A stretch of DNA of 64,000 nucleotides from Octopus sinensis. Lineage: Eukaryota. The notes under the pieces were generated by a model, which had not been told where the DNA came from, ran no database searches, and was given only the letters and a program-made list of their open reading frames with translations. Below are positions 63,671 to 64,000 of the stretch, one piece after another. Made by a program: the position numbers and the translations under genes. The first letter of the stretch is position 1; every line of letters begins with the position of its first letter. The DNA lies in the NCBI RefSeq assembly GCF_006345805.1, contig NC_043002.1:115506001-115570000 (forward strand). The letters are read 5' to 3'.

Positions 63671-64000
63671 TGTTGTTGTTACCATTGACACCCCAGTTTG
63701 ACTAAAAGTCCTACAGCTATTTTTTTGTCAGTACCTCCTCATACTGATTTATATGATTTAATTATTACTTATTTTACCTTTTGCTAGTCCTGTGTCTTTA
63801 CTTTATCTTTGCTTGGTTACCCTTTTACCCTTTTATTACCCTGTCATCTTTAAGATCTCTGATAATGAAAGATTAACCAGTGTGTGTTTTGTGGGTGAGC
63901 ACAAATGCCCGTATGTGTGTATGTATGTGGATGTTTGTGCATGTGTATATACATGTATTGAATCATTTCCTTTTCCCCTTTCCTCTTGACGCTCCACTTG

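Overview
This is eukaryotic, AT-rich, repeat-dense genomic DNA. The SINE, RTE, Penelope and Helitron families look like those of an octopus (coleoid cephalopod); this is inferred from remembered repeat sequences, not from a search. Two genes sit head-to-head around a CpG-retaining region at about 19.9-22.9 kb. On the minus strand are exons 1-2 of PPP4R2; I found no later exon in the window. On the plus strand is an unidentified gene with probable non-coding first exon(s) at about 21.5-22.8 kb and three in-phase coding exons (42806-42892, 55543-55743, 58758-59964). These encode a predicted coiled-coil N-terminus followed by a long low-complexity region. Almost everything else is intronic and filled with dead mobile DNA: hAT (Buster-like with an 8-bp TSD, and hATm-like), pogo/Tigger, Tc1/mariner, a Chapaev/Transib-like remnant, Helitrons, L1/Tx1, CR1-group and RTE LINEs, Penelope-like pieces, tRNA-derived SINEs, MITEs and microsatellites. 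A 100-N assembly gap lies at 36464-36563. I found no CRISPR array, rRNA or bona fide tRNA, and no clearly new multi-gene system. The most interesting signals are: three Penelope-type minimal hammerhead ribozyme motifs with palindromic stem III, all antisense to their host genes, one with intact core boxes; a CR1-RT/Penelope GIY-YIG in-frame chimera whose 3' breakpoint is shared with a second RT copy; and several candidate poison or terminal exons plus inverted-repeat pairs around exons of the unknown gene.
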